A DNA stretch of 64,000 bases from an uncultured Nitrososphaerales archaeon (GTDB taxonomy: Archaea; Thermoproteota; Nitrososphaeria; Nitrososphaerales; Nitrososphaeraceae), in the NCBI GenBank assembly GCA_963713605.1, contig CAVQMO010000004.1:59921-123920 (forward strand), given 5' to 3'. Below are positions 33,002 through 44,166 of this stretch, piece by piece; position 1 is the stretch's first letter, and each line of letters opens with the position of its first letter. The notes below the pieces were generated by a model. It was not told where the DNA came from. It did no database searches and saw only the letters and a program-made list of their open reading frames with translations. The translations under genes and the position numbers were made by a program.

Positions 33002-33823
33002 ATGCTCCAGTCAAAAATTGCAATACTCATGTTATTCGTGATCTCCGCTTACTCTTTAACTCATATACATTATCTCCAATATCTTATGCAAACTCTACCT
33101 CAAATACAGCCGGTTCTATACCTTCAGCTGAAGTTGTTCATTCATCGGAATCGATGAAAGTTCCACCATCTGTGGGAACATTTGTCATTCTTATTCCTAA
33201 TGAAGCGCATGAGAATTGGTCCGACGAGCAACATAAGCTAATCACTGACAGGAATTCATATCATGTACCCACTAATCTGATTATACCAAATGGAACTGGT
33301 ATAGTTTTTCTACATGCTGATGCACCTTGGGATACGCCTAACCCTCATACTATTGAAGTACAGGATAGTACTGGGAATGTTGTGTACAGGTACTGGTCAG
33401 CTAGATTATACACTTAGCTCTGAACCAGTAGTACTTCCATCTCCAGGTACTTATAACATTGTTGACAAGGCGTATGACACAAAGGAATCCACGATAACGG
33501 TTTTGGATAACGAAACATCCATTGGTAATAGCATAGTAGGAGGATTTTACACACCAACCTACCAGGTAGAGAATCCTGAGGACAACGATGGTATATCGCA
33601 TCCTGGTTCACTTCAGTATTATAAAGAAGCTTTTAACAATGATGAATTTGATATACTAAGTGAATACAATTTTACTTATGCTACATGTGATTACTGCCCT
33701 GGAGAATATTGGCCCGACAATAAATCTGGAGAACATACATTGCTAATCTATAGTACACAGCAGCCACTTTCAGATGCATTGGTTAAACTAGGAAAGCTGG
33801 TTAAAGACAATGTGTATATATGA
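33002..33823 (+). CDS. Secreted cupredoxin-like protein, paralog of 2208-3050; frameshifts near 33072 and 33390
   Basis: Signal peptide from ATG 33002; VILIPNEAHE, PTNLIIPNGTGIVF, FDILSEYNF and GEHTLLIYST align with the paralog. Confidence 0.7.
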
Positions 33824-34182
33824 AACTAGGTGGGATCCTATGCTTATAGCCTGCCTTATGATGTGAATTATTTTAAATAATATTGTATTATCCATTCCAA
33901 TTGGTACAGAGTGATTTGGATAAACGGAGATATATCATAACATACAGTAACAAGTAGGAATCTGACATTCTTGATCAACTTTGCAGGAATAGTAATGGAA
34001 TATGATACCCTTTACCTTTAGTACCTAATCTAATAACCTTAGGATAATAACGCATTTACTACTGATTAAGCACGCATATCCTCTAATTAGATTTTCTTAG
34101 TATATTCAATCGTCTAGTAAAGGTCACTCACTTTGCTATTAGTTTAGTAGACTCTAGTCTTGCATTAATACGCACAAGACGA

Positions 34183-34333
34183 CATGGCCGGCAAGAAACA
34201 CAAAGAGCATAATCATCATAATGTGGTGCAGCAGCAGCGGCAGCCGCTGGTAACTCGCCAGCGGCAGCAGCAAGCGGACACGGTGCAGCTGCAGGCAGCG
34301 GGTGGCTCATCAGCAGGCTCTTTACGTTATTAG
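34183..34333 (+). other. Degenerate His/Ala/Gly-rich micro-gene (GCA/GCG-rich)
   Basis: MAGKKHKEHNHH then, after a frameshift, CGAAAAAAGNSPAAAASGHGAAAG. Confidence 0.45.
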
Positions 34334-34477
34334 CATAAATCTTATGCAACAAAATTAGAATCGGCAATAACTAAGTTTCTAAGTTTAGACTGCTACGATA
34401 TGTATGCCCTATCTTTTTCCTAAGACTTTAATAGTTATTTTACTATATTTTTTATTACAACCAACCCCAGATTGGCA

Positions 34478-34650
34478 TGGTAGTTGCGGCCAATCGAGGA
34501 CAAATTCTTGGTCGCAACTGCTGATATAATTTTATAATATGTTTTATAATGACTGATGGCAGTTTGGACCTTTAAATCACTCATAAAGTCCTACTGTCCA
34601 ATGCTTCAGGCGACCAAATGTGTTAGACTGTATTGCTTATTGGTCGTCTG
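34478..34650 (+). other. Paired stem-loop non-coding element
   Basis: GTAGTTGCGGCCAA/TTGGTCGCAACTGC (34480-34521) and CAGGCGACCAA/TTGGTCGTCTG (34607-34650), with G-U wobbles on the + strand. Confidence 0.55.
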
Positions 34651-34886
34651 CCTCTTACGCCCTCAAAGAACTGCCCTCTGTAAGTGTTATTTAATAATAA
34701 AAACCATATAATAATGTCCGTAACTGGACGTACTTTCACAAGGGGTAGGTGAGGCTTCACAATGCCTATCTATCCATTGGTATTAATTAGAACTCTTTCT
34801 TATTCTCTGGCCCAAAACCTTAACCAAAAGTGGCATTATAATACAAATCAGCTTAACTTGATTCATATTTATTATCTAATTTATTA

Positions 34887-35276
34887 TCATTCTGCTGAAG
34901 TATTATTCTCCCATAAACCAAAGGTGTTGTTTTCTGTATCAGAGCACACAGCAAGATAACCCATCTTTGGAACTGCCATTTTTGCCACCTTAACCTTACC
35001 CCCTAATTGTTCTACTTTGTTAGAATATTCATCAACAGATGAGACACCAATAGAATTCAGAATTCCTTGTTGTTCTGGGTTCATTCTCTTCATCAGCCCT
35101 CCATTAACAGCATTATTGCCTTCATGATCTTTTGTGGTTATTCCCCAGGCCTCCACACCTTCTGGTAGTTTTTCTGCTGGCACTTTCTCAATGTTCCATC
35201 CAAGCAAATCACTGTAGAACTTTTTTGACCTTTCTACATCATCTGTTGGTATTTCAAAATGTACTATTGTTGGCAT
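34887..35276 (-). CDS. VOC family protein, paralog 2
   Basis: 129 aa, colinear with 1320-1709. Confidence 0.93.
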   Translation of the reverse strand: MPTIVHFEIPTDDVERSKKFYSDLLGWNIEKVPAEKLPEGVEAWGITTKDHEGNNAVNGGLMKRMNPEQQGILNSIGVSSVDEYSNKVEQLGGKVKVAKMAVPKMGYLAVCSDTENNTFGLWENNTSAE

Positions 35277-35731
35277 ATCCCAAAGTAAATAGTTCTACCT
35301 AATAAGTTGGTAAGGGATCAAAATGATACTTGGTAGCACTTTAAGGGAAGGAACTAATGTTAACAACCATCCAGATCCATCCAGCCAGAAATATTAGTTC
35401 ATAAATTCAATTTTTAGAATCAATAGATCATTAGCAAGGATGAATTGAATCAGAAGACTTCATTTACAAGTAAAGCAATAATAGGCAGTTTAAATAACGA
35501 AATGCATGAGATTCAACTTACTACACCACCCATGGATCCATTATGAAATTGATGGTAAATTTTGTCAGAATCCAGGATTCGGGACTAACAGACACGATAA
35601 GAATTCGAAGCGATCTGAAAAATCTAGTCTCCATTATTTTCCCGTCAAGCTACCTTAACTTTTGGTTTGATCATAGCATAGAAAAAATATTCGGCAGGAC
35701 GAAGGAAGAAAAATGCACAACATCTCTGCTC

Positions 35732-37735
35732 ATGACGTCTGATCCACTTGAACGCTCAGTAATCTCCTACATACACGGACAATTCATTATTATAAATGAA
35801 AAATCAAATGTGGCAGATGCAGTAAAGACAATGAATAAAAAGAACGCTGAGACAATCATCGTTACTAACGATGAGGGAAAATTCAGTGGCATTATAACAG
35901 ACAGCGATATTTTGGATCAAGTTGTAATGAAAGGCGAAGATTCAGATCAGATTTTCGTAAAGGCTATTATGTCACACCCTATTATAACTATCTCCGCCAG
36001 AGCAACCGTAAAGGATGCACTGGAACTGATGAGGGTCAATACGATTAAACGAATCCCAGTGACAGACAATAAACGGATTCTTGGCATAATCACACAGGAA
36101 TCGTTGGCTAACGCTATAAGGACATCTGTACTTGAAAAGACATTCCGTCCTTATAGAACTCTGGTAAGAGAGCATTCGAAACCTATCATCGGCAATCTTG
36201 GATTTGTATTGCAATTTGCTGGGATACTCATAATAGTTCCAGCATTTGTAAGTACGTTTATGGGTGAAGTAACGTCGGCTACAGGGATATTCTTTTGCTG
36301 TACTTGTTTACTAGCAACAGGATTTGGACTTAACGCTTATGGAGAAAGAACACCCCTAAATCTGAGACAGGCATCAATTCTTGTAGTCCTTAGTTTCGTA
36401 GTTTTGAGTCTTTATGGCAGTATTCCATATATATATTTGAATCCCTTTTGGGATGGAATCGAACCTTCATCATTGTTTGTGAATAGCTTCTTTGAAAGTG
36501 TTTCTGGTTTTACTACTACTGGCTTATCCACTCTATCTGATCCTGAAGATCTACCAAGTAGTTTTGTATTTTATCGAGCATATACACTATGGGTAGGTGG
36601 TTTAAGCTTTGTTTATCTCTTCATGGCATTATTCTATCCGGATAAAAAGCTGGTTTCCATGAAAGACATTCTTGGCGGAGGAGGTGGAATACTCAGATTC
36701 AAGCAATTACTTAAGACTATAACGGTAATTTTCACAGTGTATACAGTTGCGTTGATCTTAACTATTTACTATTTTGATGTTGGGGAACTGGATATAATAG
36801 ATTCTATCTCACTTGTTTTATCTACCATTACAGGGGGAGGATTTGTACCTGTTTCCACATTTATTATAATAGATAATATTGAGCAGTTAATAATTTTGAT
36901 GATTGGAATGATTCTCTCTGCTCTCCCCTTCGCATTTCATTATGGTTTATTCAGTAGAGAGATCAAGGCACGACAGCTTATGTCGCCAATATTAGTATAT
37001 TTTGCTTTTATGGCTATATCTATCGTATTGTTTACGATCTTAACTGAATCACCTACTACGGCGAATCAGCAACAGCGGTGGATAACTTCTGGATTCCATG
37101 TAATCAGCGCATCCACAACCACTGGTTTCCAATTAGTAAACCTTGAATCAATTTCTGTTGAGGCAAAGATTATCTTAGTTATTGTCATGTTGATAGGAGG
37201 TATGGCATATTCGACTGCTGGTGGAATTAAATTTGATAGGTTGATACTTGTATTGAGATCTATTTCACGAGAGAACAATTTCTATGTCCGAAAAGGGAAG
37301 ATATTTTTCCTTCGGTTTATATCAAAGATATTACCTCCGCATAAATCTACATTTTCAAAAAGTTCTCAAATTTCAAATGACGAGATCTACAGGAATGATA
37401 TAAAAATAGGCTCTATATCAACAACTAGGACTTCTCTACTATCACCTATACCCAATAACAAAACAAAGAGAGATGCAGTATTCGTCATTATCTTGTTTCC
37501 AGCTGTTTCTTTCGGTACTGCTATTGCAATTAGTTATCTTGATGGAAGTAATTTCTTTGATACCTTCTTTGAATCAGTTTCCGCGGTAACGAATACTGGG
37601 CTAACGTCTGGGATTACCAGCCTGGACTTAGACATAGCCTCTAAGATTATATTATCAGTAGATATGATCATAGGTAGATTTGAAATAATTGCTATTCTTT
37701 ATATCTTTCTAGGCCGATTAAGAAGTAGGAAGTAG
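35732..37735 (+). CDS. trkH: TrkH-family K+ uptake protein with N-terminal CBS pair
   Basis: Two CBS domains (GIITDSDI, RIPVTD..ILGIIT); pore loops FESVSGFTTTGLS, SASTTTGF, FESVSAVTNTGLT; IGRFEI. The ORF extends to 35543 but the likely start is 35732. Confidence 0.93.
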   Translation: MTSDPLERSVISYIHGQFIIINEKSNVADAVKTMNKKNAETIIVTNDEGKFSGIITDSDILDQVVMKGEDSDQIFVKAIMSHPIITISARATVKDALELMRVNTIKRIPVTDNKRILGIITQESLANAIRTSVLEKTFRPYRTLVREHSKPIIGNLGFVLQFAGILIIVPAFVSTFMGEVTSATGIFFCCTCLLATGFGLNAYGERTPLNLRQASILVVLSFVVLSLYGSIPYIYLNPFWDGIEPSSLFVNSFFESVSGFTTTGLSTLSDPEDLPSSFVFYRAYTLWVGGLSFVYLFMALFYPDKKLVSMKDILGGGGGILRFKQLLKTITVIFTVYTVALILTIYYFDVGELDIIDSISLVLSTITGGGFVPVSTFIIIDNIEQLIILMIGMILSALPFAFHYGLFSREIKARQLMSPILVYFAFMAISIVLFTILTESPTTANQQQRWITSGFHVISASTTTGFQLVNLESISVEAKIILVIVMLIGGMAYSTAGGIKFDRLILVLRSISRENNFYVRKGKIFFLRFISKILPPHKSTFSKSSQISNDEIYRNDIKIGSISTTRTSLLSPIPNNKTKRDAVFVIILFPAVSFGTAIAISYLDGSNFFDTFFESVSAVTNTGLTSGITSLDLDIASKIILSVDMIIGRFEIIAILYIFLGRLRSRK

Positions 37736-38113
37736 ATGAAGTGAGAACATGTCTATTAGATCACCATAGAATTTTGTAACACTCAAGTTAATGGCAATAA
37801 AAGTAAAAGGAACCGAGTAGTCAGGAATCAAATACTGAGGAGGATTACAAATCTGTAGGCCTTACCCCAATACCAATTCCGTTCAAACTAGAATCCAATT
37901 ATCTTTATCCATATATCTCAATATCAAATCATCTTATAAGATCTAGTTAAAAATAGAGAAAACAATCAGTGTTCAATACGGTTGTATTCTGCTAGCTTTT
38001 CTGATGTTTAGAAGCTCATTTCACACTGTGTGTGTGTAGTAATATCACGAGTGAGGTAGGTTATTAGGTAGACTAACTATCAAGTAACTTATTGCATTCA
38101 TGGATCTTATTTT

Positions 38114-38308
38114 GACGGAAGCAATTTCTTCGATACCTTCTTTGAATCAGTTTCTGCAATCACAAATACTGGTCTAACATCTGGAATTACCAGCATGGAC
38201 TTGGATATATCCTCTAAGATCATATTATCAGTAAATATGATCATAGGTAGATTTGAAATAATTGCTATTCTCTATATCTTCCTAGGCCGATTCAGGAGTA
38301 GGCATTGA
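38114..38308 (+). repeat. Diverged duplicate of the last 65 codons of trkH (37541-37735)
   Basis: 195-bp gap-free match with mostly synonymous differences. Confidence 0.95.
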
Positions 38309-38649
38309 GAAGCTGAGATAGCATTATAGTTACCATTAGAGCAATCAAAGAGGAACTTGCAGCTAGGGATGTATGAACATGATTGTTGCTACTTGAATCC
38401 ATTAAATATGGATAATGATTGATAAATTATAAGCAGTCTACAGTTTCTCTAACAGCTACATTCTTTCGAATAACGCTATAGAGACTAGTATCTTTGATTC
38501 ATTGTTTATATGATGTATGAAATACTTATTTGGGCCATCCACATAATCTGATTCTGGTCCTATCATGTACATAAATTCGCTATCTAAAATTGAGGTAATC
38601 ATATTGGCTGTCAGATGACGATCAAAATATTTAATCCAATCTATTCGTA

Positions 38650-38899
38650 AGGTAGCGTATGTTCCTATCCATTTATGTAACGGATCTATTTTTTCTGACT
38701 TCCTGAATGAATCAAGATATGCTATAACATCATCCCTGTCCATTCTTGAAAATGGTTTGCTATCGTGAAACTTGGAAAAGCTTGTTAAAATTATTTTAGT
38801 ACTAACTTCGTAGCTCTTGCTTGAGTTGGTCTCCGTTTGCATTGCTTTCAGATATAACTCCACTATATCTGAATTATTTGTATTTCTTATAGATCCCAA
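38650..38899 (-). mobile_element. N-terminal remnant of a thaumarchaeal-type tyrosine integrase
   Basis: YLKAMQTETN.S.SY...L..FSKFH..KPF..M.RDDVIAYLDSFRKSEKIDPLHKWIGTY; catalytic domain absent. Confidence 0.7.
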
Positions 38900-38918
38900 C
38901 CAAAAAATATAAGTACAA

Positions 38919-39512
38919 ATGTCATATAAAGTGTTTCATGTGGCAACATCAGATCTCAAGAAGGATCATTTATTTGTAAGAAGATTTGGGGAGGTAATAC
39001 AGAAATGTTCGGATAAGATTTATGCTGGGGAAGATAGTGATATTTTACTTGAAGATCTTGAGATTGCTTCAGTAGTTATGGAAGAACTTATTGACACATT
39101 TCATCACGGTAAAGAAGAGAAGGCATATTTTCCAAGTACTCATAATAAGAATAGCTTTTCAGAAGATATTAGAAAGTTTTTGATAGAACATGAGCTTGGA
39201 AGAAGGATATCCAGAATGTTCAAGAGAGAATTGTTAATTTGGAGGAGATGCATCATTGAAGGGAAACAAGTTGGCTCAAAGGAACCTATGGCTAGGTTTC
39301 TTAAATCATATGCCGTTTTTATTACAGATCATCTAGGAAAGGAAGATAAATTTTTTGATATCATAGAGGATAAAGGTATTATATCCAATGATGAAGATAA
39401 AGTGATAAGGCATCACTATGAATTATGCAAAAATAAAAGTGGTGGGCAGGCAAGAATAGAAGAACTCTTAAAACTACTTGAGTATCTTGAACATAGAGAT
39501 TGGATGAAATAA
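38919..39512 (+). CDS. Hemerythrin (HHE) domain protein
   Basis: DH, HHGKEE..YFP, EHELGR, DHLGKEDKFF. Confidence 0.9.
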   Translation: MSYKVFHVATSDLKKDHLFVRRFGEVIQKCSDKIYAGEDSDILLEDLEIASVVMEELIDTFHHGKEEKAYFPSTHNKNSFSEDIRKFLIEHELGRRISRMFKRELLIWRRCIIEGKQVGSKEPMARFLKSYAVFITDHLGKEDKFFDIIEDKGIISNDEDKVIRHHYELCKNKSGGQARIEELLKLLEYLEHRDWMK

Positions 39513-40240
39513 GAGATAGACTATCATTCGTTATGTGAATGATAATATGTTGAGTAAATCCTAATACACTATACGTACGATACTAATGTTGGCGTTTAGC
39601 CTGATGTGATGTTGATCTATACGCGAAGAGAATATGTATTTGTAGCTAATCTACGATTCCGTCTATTCTTCTCCACAATAGTTACAGGAAGATATTTGAT
39701 AAGACAAGTTATCATCGATATGACATTTTGGAATGGTTGTAATATTATGATCTACATATGCAACGTTTATTGAATCTAGTAGCAGAAACACTGTGCTTAT
39801 TTTGCATGAGACTACTCATGTACCGCTGTACTAGATCTAACCTATTTCATTTTATTTAACATTTTATTGAATAGCGATCAATATCCGAGACTATTCTGTG
39901 GCCTACTCATGTCGTCTTCCCCATTAGGTGTATCATCATTTGCCAAATCATCCCCACCACCGTTATTACTACTATTATTTGACACTTCTACTTCATTCTC
40001 AATGTTTTATGACAGATGATCAAATACCCAAATCGTTCAGCTAGCCCACGAACAACAAAGTCATGATAGTGAAGACAGTTAGATATCACTAGCGATTTTG
40101 TTACCCTGCCCTAATTTAGCATGGATAGGGAAAACTAACACTACAATCAAAAAAAAAACATTTCGTGGGAGTGTGAGACGAAAGTCAGTAAAATGAAAAT
40201 AATCATAATCAAAGAGAAAAAATGACGAAGGGGTGTCTAG

Positions 40241-40387
40241 TTATGAGACCTCATCTACACTGACAAAATATCCGCTTGATGTACTATGCGTTGGTACTCT
40301 CTCGTGGTTATATGCGTGTATGATTGCTTCATCTTCTTCGGCAAATCGTTCTCGAATCCCACAAGGGAAACAAGTAACTTCATACAT
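40241..40387 (-). CDS. 48-aa C2H2-type zinc-finger microprotein; not in ORF track
   Basis: MYEVTCFPCGIRERFAEEDEAIIHAYNHERVPTHSTSSGYFVSVDEVS*. Confidence 0.6.
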   Translation of the reverse strand: MYEVTCFPCGIRERFAEEDEAIIHAYNHERVPTHSTSSGYFVSVDEVS

Positions 40388-41302
40388 ATATGCTTCTAAA
40401 ATTCACCTTTCAATGCATTATACGCGTTAGATGTATTTAAGTTCCACACAGTGTAGAGCTTGCATATATTTCTTATATGAGATTATTGTAATCATACTTT
40501 GTGGGTGGATTTATCACCTTATCTTAGAGAGATAATGCGACTAAATATCATTATCATAAGCAATATATCAAAATTTTGCAATATTTTTCTTGTTTGTACT
40601 CAATAATCGCTTTCATACGGGATACGTTTTTTGGTGTGAATGACAGAAAAGATGAGGTAGGTATAATCAAGATAAGTTAGTTTGATAAGACTAACTGCGA
40701 TACGCAAAATAGCAGAATTTAAGAAACTATATTAAGAACCAATAGAAATTAACTGTAAGATCATAGAAACGGTTATGATTTTGTATGATCATTGAATTAT
40801 CATTAAAATTTTTAACATGTCTATCTTGTCATTAGAATCGAATCTGTAATTTAGTTACTTTTTGAGATTGTGAGAACGTGCAATTTGGTAGCAGCTCAAA
40901 GCCAATAAGTATTGATAAATTATAATTCCTATAGTTGAATTTGTAAATTTAAACTTTATTCAGAAATGCAATTGGTATGTATAATACCCGCCAATAGCAT
41001 ATTCTTCATGTGGATGATAATATAGATATGTTCTACTTTTGAACTATTGTTTATGAAATAGGACCAGTAGAATCGGATCCTGGACCTGCTGATATCAAAT
41101 TTTACGGTTTAGAAAAATAAGAAATGTACTGGGAAAGAGAAATAAAAGTGGATTTTGAAGGGAAATAGCTTGCTCCCCCCAGAGCTTAATTATTCATCAG
41201 CCGTACTATGCAACCAACTAACGGACTTTGATTAAAATATAGCAAAAGCATGAACAAATATTAAAAAACTATTATAGTCACAACGACAGATACTAAGTCG
41301 AT

Positions 41303-41761
41303 ATGACTAGAGCCCTAAAGAAACGATCAACTACAAAACGATCAACTGCCAAGTTTGACATCATTATAAAAGCCAAAGCAACAACTACAAGAATTGTTGA
41401 TATTAATAATGAAATCGTGAGACTTGAGAGCGATGATAAGGGACAAGTCACTGGAAAACACTATTCAGGAGTTCACTGGGACACGGTGGAAGCAACAATG
41501 TTAGCAGATGGAAGCGCGACCCTGACGATCAGGTATTTGCATATGACTAATAAGGGGGAATCTATTACTGGAATTGGAACTGGAACTCAGATGGCTCCAA
41601 ACCGCAGGGGGATTGCGAAAGTTACAGGCGAGGGAACAATGTGGACTTCCTCTCCTGGGTTATCACATCTAAACGGAGGCAGATGGGCAGTTGAAGGGGA
41701 AGTGAATACTGTTAAAGAGACTGTTGAGGTTCGAGGTAACTTCACAATCTCGAATACATAA
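41303..41761 (+). CDS. Hypothetical beta-rich protein
   Basis: 152 aa; G.G.MWTSSPGLSHLN resembles the C-terminus of 46127-46547. Confidence 0.7.
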   Translation: MTRALKKRSTTKRSTAKFDIIIKAKATTTRIVDINNEIVRLESDDKGQVTGKHYSGVHWDTVEATMLADGSATLTIRYLHMTNKGESITGIGTGTQMAPNRRGIAKVTGEGTMWTSSPGLSHLNGGRWAVEGEVNTVKETVEVRGNFTISNT

Positions 41762-41806
41762 AAAAACGTTCTTACGATAGTTCAACAACTACTAAAAATG
41801 CCGCTA

Positions 41807-41975
41807 TCAGCCTAGTGTTCCATTGGGCGCTAGTCTTAGTAATGGCCCAAATGTTGCCCCGTTATCTACGCTTGCTCTAACTACTGGCTCTACACTGGTT
41901 GCATTACGTTCCCACCATGTGACAATTACATTATTGCCATCTGAAGCTATCTCTGCATTAATGGAATCTGATAAA
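41807..41975 (-). pseudogene. C-terminal remnant of BNR/sialidase-like protein
   Basis: DSINAEIASDGNNVIVTWWERN..EPVVRASVDNGATFGP, nearly the same as the C-terminus of 10150-10822. Confidence 0.85.
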
Positions 41976-42195
41976 TAAAGTTTATTTTTATTCGAAATAA
42001 ACATGGATATTCGTGGAAATATTATACAATTTTATACCCAAAGTAACTATTTTATAGATCTGGGCGAAAATTAATGATTAATACAGACTTGCTAGAATGT
42101 ATAAGGAGGATGGGATGTATCATTTACATAAGTGATAAAACCATCAATAATATCGTTTACATAAGAGAGAAAATATTAATTAATATCACTAATTA

Positions 42196-43353
42196 ATGCC
42201 ATTAGCAAGTGACGGTGTACATATTTTAATTGCTGGTGGTGGATATGCTGGTATTCAAACTGCTTTAGGATTGGAACAACTATTTAAAAAGAATTATTCA
42301 AAGATTCAGTTAATTGATAAAAATATATATCATACATTACTACCAAGTTTGCCAGAAATCTTATCGAAACGTGGATTCTCAATTATTTATTATAAAGATA
42401 TTATTCAGGGTAAGAAAATTGATTTTATTCAAACCAATATTGTTGATGTCGATCTAGATAAAAAACTGGTTTTTACTACTAATCCATCTTATCGGTTAGA
42501 ATACGATTTTTTAGTTTTATCTTTGGGTAGCAGACCATTCTTGCCTAATATTCCTGGACTTAGAGAATATTCCTTTCAGTTCAACAGTGTAGAAAATGCA
42601 AAAAAAATTGCTGAAAGACTATCGACAAAAGATATGATTGATCCAACAGAAAATATAAACATAATCATCGGAGGCGGGGGAGCAACTGGAGTTGAAGTTG
42701 CTGGTGAAATTGCATCGTTAATTAAAAAGAGGAATTGCCAATATAGTAACATTAAGGTTATGCTGATATCGCCAGATTTATTGGCCGGCTTTCCTAGTCG
42801 TACCAAGAACTGGGTACGAGCATATCTTCAGGCTTTAAATGTTGAATTACTACTAGGAGACGAGTTTTATATTACGGAAGTCAAATCAAATTTGGTATGC
42901 CTTAGGAATGGTAGAACTATTAGAACTACAATGTTTATTTGGACAGGAGGTGTTACTGCTTTACCCCTTCCTCAACAAATTGGCCTCAAAACAGGTTACA
43001 ATGGAAGAGTAGTAGTCAATAAATTTCTACAAGCAGAAGGACGAAAGAATGTCTTCGTATTAGGTGATGCTGCACTCATACTTAACAATAAGGGATATCC
43101 AGTACCAACAACTGCGTATTTTGCAGAACAACATGGAAAAATTGCTGCACAAAATATTTATTCCATGATAAAAGAACAAGGACGTACCCTAAAAGAGTAC
43201 AAAGTTGAAAGTCCTATGCTAGATAACTTCGCAATTTCTATAGGCTCGGATTTGGCAGTTTCAAGGATAAGAGGACTAGATCTATATGGGTACTCTGCAA
43301 GTAAAGTAAAGAAATTAATCAAAATGAAATACCTAAAAGATATTAAAAAGTAA
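42196..43353 (+). CDS. NDH-2-like NAD(P)/FAD-dependent oxidoreductase
   Basis: GGGYAG, GGGATGVEVAGE, VFVLGDAA, PTTAYFAEQHG. Confidence 0.92.
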   Translation: MPLASDGVHILIAGGGYAGIQTALGLEQLFKKNYSKIQLIDKNIYHTLLPSLPEILSKRGFSIIYYKDIIQGKKIDFIQTNIVDVDLDKKLVFTTNPSYRLEYDFLVLSLGSRPFLPNIPGLREYSFQFNSVENAKKIAERLSTKDMIDPTENINIIIGGGGATGVEVAGEIASLIKKRNCQYSNIKVMLISPDLLAGFPSRTKNWVRAYLQALNVELLLGDEFYITEVKSNLVCLRNGRTIRTTMFIWTGGVTALPLPQQIGLKTGYNGRVVVNKFLQAEGRKNVFVLGDAALILNNKGYPVPTTAYFAEQHGKIAAQNIYSMIKEQGRTLKEYKVESPMLDNFAISIGSDLAVSRIRGLDLYGYSASKVKKLIKMKYLKDIKK

Positions 43354-43746
43354 GGTTACTAGACTCTAGCTAGTTCGAATTAAGCTGAAAGCATAAGAGC
43401 CTCTTTTTCCACTTTATATTTTTGAATATATCGGCTATTTCTAACAATTTAACGGCAATAAGAAAATTACCACTCGTTTCGGATAGACGACGAATCTGTG
43501 CGATCTATAGCTTTCCAGGTATTCTTACAGTCTGTCTTCTTCAGCGAGATTTGCTATTAATTTCTGCATTACATTCACAAAATATATACTAGATGATAAT
43601 ATAATATTTCAATTGTTCTATAGAACTGGAAATCTAATTTACCAACGTAATATGAACTGTCCTCCCGCTTCAAAATTTATTCTGGAAATTACTTCTTGTA
43701 ACAAGATGGTAAAGATTATTACGGAAATTAGGTATGAAGTAGATAA

Positions 43747-44166
43747 ATGCAAGTAGTAACTAGAACTATTTTTTTAAGATCTAAAGGTGAGGGAGATATG
43801 ATTGATATTACTCCAGAAACTTCCAAAATAGTCACTCAGTCAAAACTTAAAGATGGTATCATTACTATTTTTGTTTCAGGTTCAACCGCGGCTGTAACAA
43901 CAATCGAATATGAACCAGGATTAAAACAAGATTTTCCTCATATATTGTCTATAATAGTGCCAAGAAACATGGAATATCAGCATGAAAATATGTGGCATGA
44001 CGGTAATGGACACTCTCATGTAAGAGCCTCTTTGATTGGTCCAAGTCTGACCATTCCATTCAAGGACAGTACTCTAATGTTAGGAACTTGGCAACAGATA
44101 GTATTTCTGGAGATGGATATTAGCAAAAGAGAACGAAATGTAATACTTCAGATAATGGGGGAATAA
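43747..44166 (+). CDS. yjbQ: YjbQ/UPF0047 family protein
   Basis: GSTAAVTTIEYEPGL, HDGNGHSHVRASLIG, LGTWQQI. Confidence 0.95.
   Translation: MQVVTRTIFLRSKGEGDMIDITPETSKIVTQSKLKDGIITIFVSGSTAAVTTIEYEPGLKQDFPHILSIIVPRNMEYQHENMWHDGNGHSHVRASLIGPSLTIPFKDSTLMLGTWQQIVFLEMDISKRERNVILQIMGE

Noticed and set aside
34545..34600. Fluoride riboswitch
   Set aside because: Only partial resemblance (GATGG, CCTAC); the consensus stem and pseudoknot are not met and no fluoride exporter follows.
37541..38308. Diversity-generating retroelement TR/VR pair
   Set aside because: Differences are mostly third-position changes of all base types rather than adenine-specific, and there is no reverse transcriptase in the window.
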